A stretch of 64,000 nucleotides of DNA from Abditibacteriaceae bacterium. GTDB lineage: Bacteria > Armatimonadota > Abditibacteriia > Abditibacteriales > Abditibacteriaceae. Positions within the stretch are counted from its first letter, which is position 1, and each line of letters begins with the position of its first letter. Shown here in pieces: positions 1-8,877 of this stretch. The notes below the pieces were generated by a model. It was given only the letters and a program-made list of their open reading frames with translations, was not told where the DNA came from and made no database searches. The translations under genes and the position numbers were made by a program. Location of the stretch: NCBI GenBank assembly GCA_965277285.1, contig OZ255721.1, positions 2,144,001 through 2,208,000 on the forward strand, read 5' to 3'.

Positions 1-279
1 GTAAAATTGGTGGAAAGCGGACAGATTGTCGGATGCGACGCGCTCTGGTGGGTAACCGCATCGCGCGCAACGCAAATGCGGCGCTTAACGCAGGATCGCG
101 GCCTGAGTGAAGAAGCGGCGCGCGAACGTTTAAGCAACCAACCGCCGCAAGAGGAGAAAATCGTGCAGATAGAAAAGTGTGGCGTGCCTTGGCGATTTCT
201 TTCCAACGATGGATCACGCGCTGCATTGCAGGAAAGTGTGGCCGCAGCCTGGCAAGAACTTCAAATTTCAAAGCTTTAA
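1..279 (+). CDS. coaE: Dephospho-CoA kinase, C-terminal part (5' truncated by window)
   Basis: 'CDALWWVTASRATQMRRLTQDRGLSEEAARERLSNQ...NDGS' matches the CoaE C-terminal pattern. Confidence 0.75.
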   Translation, partial: VKLVESGQIVGCDALWWVTASRATQMRRLTQDRGLSEEAARERLSNQPPQEEKIVQIEKCGVPWRFLSNDGSRAALQESVAAAWQELQISKL

Positions 280-495
280 TTAGCCGTCATGATTATTTGA
301 ATTGGTATTGTTCATCCTCAAACTTGATGCATGAGAACGAGAAATGCGCGGAACATCAGCGCGCCTCAGCGTTTTGTGGCATAACAAAGCTGAACACTCG
401 CTACAAGGAAGACAAATCTACGAAGCATTGCGCCGTGCGGCCACCAAGCGAACGTTTTTACAGTTTATGTACCTCGTTATGCACCAGGTTATTTT

Positions 496-1527
496 ATGTT
501 AGTTCAAGACGAAATTGAGCCTCTTGACGATTTTCTGGACGACCCTCAGGAAACCGTCAACTTATATGAATTGCTGGATATTCCACCGGACGCGGACATC
601 AAGCGCGTTCGCAAGCGTCTCGGCGAGATGTTTCTGGAAGCGCAAAACAACGTCGAACATCGCAACTTTCGTCGCCGCTTTTATTACCGCGAACTCATGG
701 AAACGGTGCTGCCACGCGCGCGCCATCATCTACTCAACGTCGACAACCGCGAAGAATACGACCGTTCGCTGGGCATTTTGCCGCCATTGCCGCCACCGCC
801 GGTCTTCATTCCACCACCGCCCTTATCCCACACGACAGAAGCAACTCCGTCTATCGTTTCAACAGCCAATTCTAAAGCACCGCCTGCTGCGCCGCCTGCC
901 GTGCTAATCACGCCGCCCTATTTTCAATCGCCTTCCATGGCGATGCCTCCGCTTGCCGCGCCGTTAAAGCCAGTGCTCCCGCAAACGACAGAAGAAGAGG
1001 AAGAGGAAGAGGAAGTCGACTTCTCGAAATTTGCACCTTTCGTTGCTCCACCGACAACAGGAACTGCGGAAGCGAAGACGGTTCCGATGGATACCGTAAA
1101 TTCGACATTTGGCACGACTGCGGCTGCTGCAACACAGTTTTCAAATGACTTTCCAGAAGTTTCCCCAAACGTTGTTCCAGCGGTGCGGCGTGGCGGTGCG
1201 CCCGAACATTCGAGGATGGACGCCGAGCGTGTCGAGCGACGGCGCGATACCAAGCGGCGCGAACTTATCAAGCAGGAATTGCAGTCTGTGGGCACTAAAT
1301 GGGCAACTTTGTCGGGCAGCGGAGCCTTTATCGTTGTGATCGCTGTTTTATTCGGACTGAGTTTGGCGCCTGGTTTTTCCACTTTCCGAATATTGGCCGC
1401 TCCTATCGCTTTGGGCGCAGCAGTTCTTGCTGCTCGATACGCACACCGTGAAGCGCGCAAGCAGATTATCATCTTGCTGTCGCAAATGTCCTACGAACAA
1501 CTTTTGCGTCGCTGCGCACGAATGTAA
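496..1527 (+). CDS. Membrane protein with N-terminal J-domain-like region, Pro/Glu-rich linker and two C-terminal TM helices
   Basis: 'NLYELLDIPPDADIKRVRKR...REEYDRSL' resembles a DnaJ J-domain but lacks HPD; hydrophobic C-terminal segments. Confidence 0.55.
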   Translation: MLVQDEIEPLDDFLDDPQETVNLYELLDIPPDADIKRVRKRLGEMFLEAQNNVEHRNFRRRFYYRELMETVLPRARHHLLNVDNREEYDRSLGILPPLPPPPVFIPPPPLSHTTEATPSIVSTANSKAPPAAPPAVLITPPYFQSPSMAMPPLAAPLKPVLPQTTEEEEEEEEVDFSKFAPFVAPPTTGTAEAKTVPMDTVNSTFGTTAAAATQFSNDFPEVSPNVVPAVRRGGAPEHSRMDAERVERRRDTKRRELIKQELQSVGTKWATLSGSGAFIVVIAVLFGLSLAPGFSTFRILAAPIALGAAVLAARYAHREARKQIIILLSQMSYEQLLRRCARM

Positions 1528-1563
1528 AGCGATAGGAAACGAAAATCGAGTCGGATGTTTGTG

Positions 1564-1595
1564 GCATATCGAATCGAGTACTCGATTCGATATGC
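1564..1595. terminator. Perfect 32-bp palindrome centred on CGAGTACTCG between convergent genes
   Basis: GCATATCGAATCGAGT|ACTCGATTCGATATGC is its own reverse complement; lies between stop codons at 1527 (+) and 1597 (-). Confidence 0.65.
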
Positions 1596-1596
1596 T

Positions 1597-2478
1597 TCAA
1601 GCGAAAATCTTGCGATCCAGCGTTCGGTAGTTGATCGCTTCGGCGATATGATGCAATTGAATCGCTTCGCTGCTATCCAAATCGGCGACGGTGCGCGCGA
1701 CTTTCAAGATGCGGTCGTAAGCGCGCGCCGACAGCGAAAATTGATGAATGGCGGCTTTCAGCAAGTCTTGAGCGCCATCGTCCAAATTACAATGTAGCCG
1801 CAATTGTTTTGCGTGCAATTGCGCGTTGCACGTCAAGCCGTCGTCTTTCAACCGTTCGACCTGAATTTTCCGCGCCGTTTCGACGCGATGCCGCACCGTC
1901 GCCGAACTTTCGCCGATGGCCTTGCTCATCAAATCCTGCGGGCTTAAACGTGGCACTTCGATATGAATGTCGATGCGGTCGAGCAAAGGCCCCGAGATGC
2001 GCGCCAGATAACGTCGGATTTGAGTACTCGAACACACGCAGGCGCGCCGCGCATCGCCATAAAAACCGCAGGGACACGGATTCATGCTCGCAATGAGTTG
2101 AAACTTGGCGGGAAACGACAAGCTTTGCGCCGCCCGCGAAATCGTGACGTGCCCATCTTCCAAAGGTTGACGCAGCACTTCCAAAACGTCGCGATGAAAT
2201 TCGGCCATCTCGTCCAAAAACAGCACGCCATGATGCGCCAGGCTGATTTCGCCCGGACGCGGAAACGAGCCGCCACCGACCAGACCCGCATGCGAAACCG
2301 TGTGATGCGGCGCCCGAAAAGGCCGCTCAGAAACCAAACCTTTGTCCGTGCTCAGCAAGCCCGCAACGGAATACAACTTCGTGCATTCGAGCGCTTCGTT
2401 CAGCAATAAAGGCGGCAAAATCGTCGGCAAGCGCCGCGCCAACAACGTTTTTCCTGCGCCTGGGCTTCCTATCAAAAG
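1597..2478 (-). pseudogene. comM: ComM/YifB Mg-chelatase-like AAA+ ATPase, C-terminal fragment (split by integrated element)
   Basis: GSPGAGKT Walker A, 'RPFRAPHHT', 'PGEISLAHHGVLFLDE', 'MNPCPCG', 'SGPLLDRID'; N-terminal half lies at 31454-32103. Confidence 0.95.
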
Positions 2479-2496
2479 AATGCTCGCAACAGTTAA
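2477..2496. other. Left attachment junction (core AG plus attP arm)
   Basis: AG-AATGC-TCGCAACAGTTAA; arm sits 5 bp from the core, mirroring the right junction. Confidence 0.85.
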
Positions 2497-2622
2497 GAAC
2501 GATGTGATTAGTGTTCGCATTGAAGTTACTGATCCCCATTCCATGTGTGAGGCTATGTGAGGTAAATTAAGGCAATCGTATCGGTATTGGATTTTAGTGC
2601 GGTGTTGCTGTAAATTTCATAT

Positions 2623-2901
2623 ATGGTGACTTTGACTTATGCCTGCGTGCATTGCGGTTTGAGCGACCGGGTGTTTCGCAACGGTTTCAATCGTGGCGGC
2701 TCGCAACGTTTGAAGTGTGGCACCTGCCAGCGGAGTTGGACGCCCCAACCCAGCAGCCGCGCACTGAGTGCGGAAAAAGAAGTCTTGCTTGTGGCGGCCT
2801 TGCACGAGCGGCTTTCGCAGCGCGCCAGTGCTCGCACCTTTAAAGTAGCGCGCACCACGATTCGCGCTTTGTCCCAAAAAAAGCCCGGCAAGCGCGCTTG
2901 A
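2623..2901 (+). CDS. insA: IS1 InsA (zinc ribbon plus HTH)
   Basis: CxxC...NG...GSQRLKCxxC motif then HTH; A7G slippery run at 2876-2883. Confidence 0.85.
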   Translation: MVTLTYACVHCGLSDRVFRNGFNRGGSQRLKCGTCQRSWTPQPSSRALSAEKEVLLVAALHERLSQRASARTFKVARTTIRALSQKKPGKRA

Positions 2902-3374
2902 GTTTTGCAGATACACTTTTGGGCGAGGTCAAGGGCGACGCTCTGGAACTGGACGAGTTGGTGATTCGCTTTCGATTCAAGCGGCGCTATCTGTATTTGT
3001 GGATTGCGGTTTCGTGCTTGACACGGCAAGTGATCGGCTTTTATATCGGTGACCGCTCTTTCGAGAGTTTATGGGCTTTGTGGTTTTCCTTACCCGCGCT
3101 GTATCGAAGAAAACTGGTTTACAGCGACTTTTACCAAGTCTATGCCAGGATGTTCGCACCTTGGCAACACAGGCCAAGTGGCAAAGGCAGTGGTCAGACC
3201 AGTTTGGTCGAAGGCTTGAACAACAAGTCGCGCAACCGCGTATCGGCACTGGTCAGAAAAACAGTTTGTGTGCAGTCGCTCACAGACCTGGAAAACCGCT
3301 TGTGGATGGTGATTCACCAACACAATCTGCTCTGTCTCAAACGCATAGAAAAACTTATCAAATCACCGCACTAA
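2898..3374 (+). CDS. insB: IS1 InsB transposase catalytic part, probably joined to InsA by -1 frameshift
   Basis: 'LELDEL', 'YLWIAV', 'IGDRS', 'YSDFYQVY', 'GKGSGQTSLVEGLN' DDE motifs. Confidence 0.85.
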   Translation: MSFADTLLGEVKGDALELDELVIRFRFKRRYLYLWIAVSCLTRQVIGFYIGDRSFESLWALWFSLPALYRRKLVYSDFYQVYARMFAPWQHRPSGKGSGQTSLVEGLNNKSRNRVSALVRKTVCVQSLTDLENRLWMVIHQHNLLCLKRIEKLIKSPH

Positions 3375-3413
3375 AATCCAATACCCATACAGACAGATAT
3401 AATAGAAAACATT

Positions 3414-4004
3414 ATGGCATTCACAGATGCTTTCAAGATTTTTCCCATTCTGAATACAGAGCGCCTTATCCTGAGGCAGCTCACGCCAGAAGATGCAGAG
3501 GCTTATCACCACCAACAGATGACGGCGCAGGCTTTGTCGGGAGCGTCGGGAGCAGCATGGTCATTTGGTGGCGAAATGGAGTCAGTAGAAAAGGCACGAA
3601 GTTGGATTGGTTTTGCGAACAATGCGTGGAAGAAGAAGTCACGCCTCAGATGGGGCATTTGCCTCAAGAGTGATAAGGCGCTCATTGGAACCTGCGAGTT
3701 GTTCGACTTTTCCAATCAATCCAAAGCCGAAATCGGATATTGGCTTGGAGCGGAGCATCAATGTAAGGGATTGATGTCGGAAGCAGTTACAGAAGTTGTC
3801 AAATTTGGGTTTGAATCAATTAACTTGCATCGTATTTATGCCGTTACTTCGGTTTCAAACCTTCCCTCACTTAGAATGTTAGAAAAGGCTGGCTTTCAGC
3901 AAGAAGGTATTCTACGGCAGCATTCATTGCGAAATGGTGTGTGGGACGATTCTGTAATCGCTGCGATTTTGCGGAGCGACCGCCCTGCTGCGCCCAGCTT
4001 CTAG
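3414..4004 (+). CDS. GNAT N-acetyltransferase, RimJ/RimL family (cassette gene)
   Basis: 'LNTERLILRQL', 'AEIGYWLG...GKGLMSEA', 'NLPSLRMLEKAGFQQEG'. Confidence 0.85.
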   Translation: MAFTDAFKIFPILNTERLILRQLTPEDAEAYHHQQMTAQALSGASGAAWSFGGEMESVEKARSWIGFANNAWKKKSRLRWGICLKSDKALIGTCELFDFSNQSKAEIGYWLGAEHQCKGLMSEAVTEVVKFGFESINLHRIYAVTSVSNLPSLRMLEKAGFQQEGILRQHSLRNGVWDDSVIAAILRSDRPAAPSF

Positions 4005-4031
4005 CCAGGCGCTATAATTTCAATTAACTCT

Positions 4032-4541
4032 ATGCTGTATATTTTTGGTGGATTGCCTGGGACAGGAAAATCAACACTTGCAGCCGCTCTTGCCCGCCGC
4101 AGCAATGCTGTCTATCTTCGGATCGACACTATCGAACAGGCTGTGAGGGATTCGGGCTTAAGTGGGGGTGGGCCGGTTGGTTACATTGTGGGTTACAAGC
4201 TGGCATCAGAGAATCTTCGTTTGGGTGCGGACGTTGTTGTGGATTCTGTCAATCCCATTAGCATCACGCGCACGGCTTGGCAGAATGTCGCGGCGCAAGC
4301 AAAAGTCCCTTATATCGAAATTGAGATAGCCTGCTCCAATTTACAGGAACATCGTAACCGCGTCGAATCACGCCAATCGGATATTTCCGGTCACAGATTA
4401 CCTACTTGGAACGAGGTTGCAGAACTGCAATACGAGCAATGGAATACCGACCATATAGTACTCGATACCGCTGGACATTCAACCAATGAAAGCATTTCTC
4501 ATCTATTCAATGCGGTGGGCAACTTGTGCGTCAAATCGTAA
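4032..4541 (+). CDS. P-loop kinase-like protein, AAA_33 type (cassette gene)
   Basis: GLPGTGKST Walker A, 'YLRIDTIEQA', 'DSVNPISITR'. Confidence 0.8.
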   Translation: MLYIFGGLPGTGKSTLAAALARRSNAVYLRIDTIEQAVRDSGLSGGGPVGYIVGYKLASENLRLGADVVVDSVNPISITRTAWQNVAAQAKVPYIEIEIACSNLQEHRNRVESRQSDISGHRLPTWNEVAELQYEQWNTDHIVLDTAGHSTNESISHLFNAVGNLCVKS

Positions 4542-4597
4542 TTGCAACGAAACAACAACGGCAGAATAAGGCGCTACGCCCAACCACCTACAACTAA

Positions 4598-4696
4598 TAA
4601 TTGGCAATAATATCCTTGACACCTAAAACCACGATGTTGCCGAGCTTCGCCTGAATACAAACCTTGCTCTGTATCCGCTACGATGCCGATTAAGTG
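4598..4696. repeat. ~100-bp MITE-like repeat, copy 1, directly after a half attC
   Basis: Inverted near-identical copy at 13944-14050; imperfect terminal inverted repeats TAATTGGCA / TGCCGATTA. Confidence 0.7.
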
Positions 4697-4761
4697 CGGT
4701 GTAATAAGATTGTTTTGTCGCGGCGCGCAGCTTGGATGCGTGCAATAGCGGCATAATATGA

Positions 4762-5259
4762 ATGATGAAACAACGCTCACCTGAAGACGCAGTAGCAAAA
4801 AATATACTGGCAGATGAGGTCATTGAACTTCGGCTACTTCGAGTACTCGGTTGCGAGGACACTGCGATGCGCCCGCCTGAGGCACAGTTTCTCTGTCGTG
4901 CGCCCGAACATCGTTTTGCCATTCATCGCCAAATCGACGGCCTACGCGTAGGACGCATTCATTTTCGCGTTACTGGTGATGAGACTATTGTTAGTGCTGT
5001 AGGCCACACTGGATATGAAGTAGATGTAATACATCGTCGTAATGGTTACGCGGTTCGCGCTATTCGGCTCATCATTCGTTTGGCTCGTGAATACAATGTT
5101 GTCCCTCTTTGGGTGTTGATTGAGCCGGAAAACATTGCTTCACGCAGAGCCGCCGAGCGAGCAGGATTTCAACTAGTAGATACAATAAACACCAGACCCG
5201 AAGCAGTAATTCTTGGTATTGGCCCGCAGGTTTGCCGTTATATTATCGAGCAGCCATAA
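4762..5259 (+). CDS. GNAT N-acetyltransferase (cassette gene)
   Basis: 'GHTGYEVDVIHRRNGYA', 'ENIASRRAAERAGF'. Confidence 0.8.
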   Translation: MMKQRSPEDAVAKNILADEVIELRLLRVLGCEDTAMRPPEAQFLCRAPEHRFAIHRQIDGLRVGRIHFRVTGDETIVSAVGHTGYEVDVIHRRNGYAVRAIRLIIRLAREYNVVPLWVLIEPENIASRRAAERAGFQLVDTINTRPEAVILGIGPQVCRYIIEQP

Positions 5260-5290
5260 AAATACGTTCATTGCAAGCCAATCAACCGCG

Positions 5291-5375
5291 CTGGAACAGG
5301 CGCTGACCCCGACCATCTAAGCTCGTGCTTCGCCTCGGTCTCTATGCTTCCGGCGGGCGAGCTTGGTCGTTAGCC
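5291..5375 (+). other. Integron attC site (moderately degenerate)
   Basis: AAC-AGGCGCTGACCCCGACC...CGGCGGGCGAGCTTGGTC-GTTAGCC. Confidence 0.75.
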
Positions 5376-5423
5376 CGTCGCGTGTGGTTTCAAAAGCGAT
5401 TTGTTAATATAATGGACATCGCT

Positions 5424-6140
5424 ATGTTCGAGAAACCTATAGTTCAAGTGATTGAAGAAATGATTGGCTCCAACTATTATCGGGCCCTCATTTGGGCTGG
5501 TGGCCATGCTAATCATTCACCACATAGCCGGTCAGATGTCGATTTGTATGCCGTGTCGCACAATGTGTTTCCCGATCATTGGGTCGGAGAGCGAGTAGCG
5601 GAACGTAGGGTTGAGTTAACTGTTTATCCACTGGAACAATGGCAGGAAATTCTCTCAAGACCCTACCGACATCCTAAACATCATTACACCTTCGCACACG
5701 GTCGTGTCGTTTATGATCCTGAAAATCTTTTCCCTGCTCTGTCTGAACTTGGCGCAACGGTGCTGGCCAGCAGTTGGGACGCTGGTCCCGAGCGAATTGA
5801 ATCGCTGCGAAACATTGTAGCGATTTCGCACGATAAAACTCTGGGTTATCGGGAGAAGAACCAACCTCTACACCTCCGCTATCTGGCAATTGGATGCGTT
5901 CATGCAACTTGTGAATTGTTGGTCACCCTGTGGGATGGCTATGCCGTTGATGGAGGCAAGAATTTAACGCGGGTGCTAAATCATCCTGATTGCCCAGCAA
6001 GCATCAAGAATTCATTAACGAAGCTACTCTCCAGCCCGGATACCAATGGAATGGCGGATGCTGCCAATACTCTCTGTCAACAGTGCTTGGAGTACTCCGG
6101 CGGGCCATTGACTTCATTTCGCGGTGGTATCCCCCGATAG
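5424..6140 (+). CDS. Nucleotidyltransferase-domain protein (cassette gene; start 5412 or 5424)
   Basis: 'GGHA...SDVDLY' Pol-beta-type NTase motif followed by a helical domain. Confidence 0.65.
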   Translation: MFEKPIVQVIEEMIGSNYYRALIWAGGHANHSPHSRSDVDLYAVSHNVFPDHWVGERVAERRVELTVYPLEQWQEILSRPYRHPKHHYTFAHGRVVYDPENLFPALSELGATVLASSWDAGPERIESLRNIVAISHDKTLGYREKNQPLHLRYLAIGCVHATCELLVTLWDGYAVDGGKNLTRVLNHPDCPASIKNSLTKLLSSPDTNGMADAANTLCQQCLEYSGGPLTSFRGGIPR

Positions 6141-6152
6141 CTGAAGACAACA

Positions 6153-6223
6153 GTGCAACAAGGTGCTGAACCCGGACGCCTGTGGCTTCGTTCCTTGCGC
6201 TGTTGAACTCGGCTTTGTTGAAG
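6153..6223 (+). other. Degenerate attC site
   Basis: GTGCAAC-AAGGT-GCTGAACCCG left arm as in 8669; eroded right arm. Confidence 0.5.
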
Positions 6224-6239
6224 CGGTTACATTGAAATT

Positions 6240-6623
6240 ATGAACAATAAAGCGCAAAACCACGAGCTAATCGAATTAGCCAGAACTATTATTGCGACGC
6301 GTTTCAAACAGGATTATCATCACATCGGCTGCGCTCTACGGACACGATCTGGACAACTTTTTTGTGCTGTTCACCTCGAAGCCTACATTGGGCGAATAGC
6401 CGTGTGCGCTGAAGCTGTTGCTATTGGCATGGCTGCTTCAGCCGGTGATACAGATATTGAGGCGATTGTCGCCGTTGACCGACACGGTAATATCGTGTCG
6501 CCATGTGGAATGTGTCGAGAACTCATCTCTGATTATTCAGATGATTGTTTGGTTATCATATCGCAAGAAGAAGTTGTTCCGGTTCTTGAGTTACTTCCAC
6601 GAAAGTACACTCGCCAAGAATAA
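6240..6623 (+). CDS. Cytidine deaminase family protein, blasticidin-S deaminase (Bsr)-like
   Basis: 'AVHLEAYIGRIAVCAEAVAIG', 'VSPCGMCRELISDY' and C-terminal 'P.KYTR' closely follow Bsr as I recall it. Confidence 0.8.
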   Translation: MNNKAQNHELIELARTIIATRFKQDYHHIGCALRTRSGQLFCAVHLEAYIGRIAVCAEAVAIGMAASAGDTDIEAIVAVDRHGNIVSPCGMCRELISDYSDDCLVIISQEEVVPVLELLPRKYTRQE

Positions 6624-6632
6624 ACAACAGCA

Positions 6633-6710
6633 GTACAACAAAGCGCTTCGCCCGACATACTACAACGCTTTGTTTCTCTCCATCCCGAGGGGCAAGCTTG
6701 GTGGTTAGAA
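6633..6710 (+). other. attC site (degenerate)
   Basis: GTACAAC-AAAGC-GCTTCGCCCGAC...GGCAAGC-TTGGTG-GTTAGAA. Confidence 0.65.
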
Positions 6711-6751
6711 CGCCGCGTAATACTTCCTGTGTGCGGCAAACAGGTGAACAT

Positions 6752-7261
6752 ATGATTGGACTACAGCGTGGCACGGTCAAATTAGCTCCCTACTCTTTGC
6801 AGTGGCCCATTTTATTTGAGGAGGAAAAACAACTTCTCATGCAGATTTTGGGTCAACTGGCGCTCGATATTCAGCATATCGGTAGCACAGCAGTGCCAAA
6901 CCTGAGCGCTAAGCCCATCATTGACATTGGGGTTTATGTGCCGGATGCCCAATCCATCGCTTCGAGTGTTCCTCCCCTCATGAAGGCCGGATATGAATAT
7001 TTTGGTGATAGAAGCGATACGGGCGACCATTTCTTCGCCAAGGGTTCAGAAGTTTGCCGCACTCACTATTTGCATATGAAAGTGGCAGGAAATCCGAAGT
7101 GGCAAGATGACTTGAAATTTCGAGACTGCCTCAGGACAAACGCCGCCGCCAGAATGGAATATGGGATGTTGAAGCAAAAGTTGGCATCAACGCATGCACA
7201 AGATCGTAAGAGTTATACGCAAACCAAATGCCATTTCATTCAACGGGTTCTTCAAAGCTGA
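6752..7261 (+). CDS. GrpB family nucleotidyltransferase-fold protein (cassette gene)
   Basis: 'IQHIGSTAVPNLSAKPIIDI', 'RTHYLH', 'FRDCLR', 'YTQTK'. Confidence 0.9.
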   Translation: MIGLQRGTVKLAPYSLQWPILFEEEKQLLMQILGQLALDIQHIGSTAVPNLSAKPIIDIGVYVPDAQSIASSVPPLMKAGYEYFGDRSDTGDHFFAKGSEVCRTHYLHMKVAGNPKWQDDLKFRDCLRTNAAARMEYGMLKQKLASTHAQDRKSYTQTKCHFIQRVLQS

Positions 7262-7273
7262 AATTTCTCATCG

Positions 7274-7359
7274 CGCTGACAAGGCGCTGCACTGCGGCTC
7301 TGTTCACTTCGGTTATTCTTCCCTTGACTTTCTGCGGCGGGTGAACTTGGTCGTTAGGT
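7274..7359 (+). other. attC site (R'' mutated)
   Basis: GAC-AAGGC-GCTGCAC...GCGGCGGGTGAAC-TTGGTC-GTTAGGT. Confidence 0.7.
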
Positions 7360-7417
7360 CGCTAATATGAGCAGTGCAGTGACCTAAGCCGAATCCATTG
7401 GACAATGAATAGACGAT

Positions 7418-7912
7418 ATGGCAACATTATTGCGGAATACAGAAGAAATCGAACTTTGCAGCCGTGGACATCGCTGGATCATGTCATGGCATTCGCCACC
7501 TGAAGCACCTGTGGGGACGAAGCACGGGGCAGCCGGTATTTGCGTGGACAAGAACGGCAAAGTTGTCGTGATTTCCACTGACGAAATCTCTTGGGACTTC
7601 CCCGCTGGGCGGCCCGAAGGCGACGAAGATTGGGAACAGACACTGCACCGTGAGATGCTTGAAGAAGCGCGTTCGGTCGTGATAGAGGCACGGCTGCTCG
7701 GATTTTCTCGGGGGCGTCGTGTAGAGGGCGATAAAATCGGCCCTCCTCTTGTTCGTTCTATCTGGCTTGCCCAAGTTAATCTGCTGGATTGGAACCCGCA
7801 GTTTGAGATTCGTTTCCGTAAGCTACTTCTTCCACCGCAAGCCATAAAGCTTGTCTTGCCCGAATATGAGCGGCTTTGGGCGCGTGCTTTTTATGAGGCG
7901 GGTATTGATTGA
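7418..7912 (+). CDS. NUDIX hydrolase (cassette gene)
   Basis: Nudix box 'PAGRPEGDEDWEQTLHREMLEEA'. Confidence 0.85.
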   Translation: MATLLRNTEEIELCSRGHRWIMSWHSPPEAPVGTKHGAAGICVDKNGKVVVISTDEISWDFPAGRPEGDEDWEQTLHREMLEEARSVVIEARLLGFSRGRRVEGDKIGPPLVRSIWLAQVNLLDWNPQFEIRFRKLLLPPQAIKLVLPEYERLWARAFYEAGID

Positions 7913-7939
7913 TAATGGCTGTGTTTCACGGTTGGGCCA

Positions 7940-7998
7940 GCCTAGCAAGTTCGATTGCCCTTCTTGGCAGGCGTCGCAGGTGAGCTTTGGCGTTGTGT
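7940..7998 (+). other. Degenerate attC site
   Basis: Right arm GCAGGTGAGC-TTTGGC-GTTGTGT intact; left arm eroded (GCCTAGCAAG). Confidence 0.5.
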
Positions 7999-8078
7999 GG
8001 CTTGCGCGCTATGTAAAGACAACTGATACTTCCATGTGTGGCTGCGTGAGACCGGGTTATGTATAAAAATGAGAACTG

Positions 8079-8654
8079 ATGGCAGCACTTCTTCTGATTC
8101 AGATGTCTGGTGTTCCCGGCGCTGGCAAAAGCACGCTGGCGCGCATGATTGGCCGTCAAACCGGTTCTGTGGTGCTCGATCACGATGTAGTTAAGAGTGC
8201 TCTGCTGGAGGCTGGCGTGCCATGGTCGGACGCTGGACGGGCTTCATATCAAACTTTACAGATGCTCGCCAAGTCTCTGCTCGACCAAGATCGCAGCGTT
8301 GTCCTTGATAGTCCGTGCTTTTATCAAGACTTACTTAATGCCGGATTGCGCATAGCAGAAGAAACCGGCGCCTGCTATCGTTATGTGGAGTGTGTTGTTG
8401 ATAACTTCTCCGAGATTGACCGCCGACTGCGGGGCCGCACTTCTTTACGTAGCCAGCGTGCCGCCCTTGACGCACCGCCCGCCTCGTTCTCCAGCGTCGA
8501 AGCCGTCTTGGGCGAAGACCTCTTCCATGAATGGATTAACAACATGAAGCGTCCACCGCATTCTTATTTGCGAGTAGACACTTCCAAACCACTATCGGAA
8601 TATTTGCCACAAGTCTTTACCTTCCTTGCCGAGTGTAATGGAAATGAGGAGTGA
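8079..8654 (+). CDS. P-loop kinase-like protein, AAA_33 type (cassette gene)
   Basis: 'MSGVPGAGKSTLAR', 'VVLDHDVVKS', 'SVVLDSPC'. Confidence 0.8.
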   Translation: MAALLLIQMSGVPGAGKSTLARMIGRQTGSVVLDHDVVKSALLEAGVPWSDAGRASYQTLQMLAKSLLDQDRSVVLDSPCFYQDLLNAGLRIAEETGACYRYVECVVDNFSEIDRRLRGRTSLRSQRAALDAPPASFSSVEAVLGEDLFHEWINNMKRPPHSYLRVDTSKPLSEYLPQVFTFLAECNGNEE

Positions 8655-8668
8655 CCCACTAATAAGCC

Positions 8669-8766
8669 ACGCAACAAGGTGCTGAACCCGACTGCCTACA
8701 GCCTGCGCTTTGGTCGTTCCTCCCTTCGCTCCGGGTTCCGGCGGCGGGTGAACTTGGTCGTTCGGC
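8669..8766 (+). other. attC site
   Basis: ACGCAAC-AAGGT-GCTGAACC-CGACTGCC...GGCGGCG-GGTGAAC-TTGGTC-GTT. Confidence 0.85.
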
Positions 8767-8803
8767 GGCTGCGAATAGCTTAGTTGCACGCCGAAAAAAG
8801 GTC

Positions 8804-8832
8804 TTGACAGATGCTGGCTAGTGATTTAAGAT
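8804..8832 (+). promoter_or_regulatory. Sigma70-type promoter inside ankyrin cassette
   Basis: TTGACA-17 bp-TAAGAT; GGAGG RBS before ATG 8878. Confidence 0.65.
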
Positions 8833-8877
8833 TGCCTTTGCTGATTTCATCAATTCGAGTGAAATACGGAGGTAACT

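Larger units (their letters stand above)
2583..3385 (+). mobile_element. IS1-family insertion sequence
   Basis: Perfect 22-bp terminal inverted repeats GGTATTGGATTTTAGTGCGGTG (2583-2604, 3364-3385); InsA and InsB ORFs; no target duplication visible. Confidence 0.9.
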
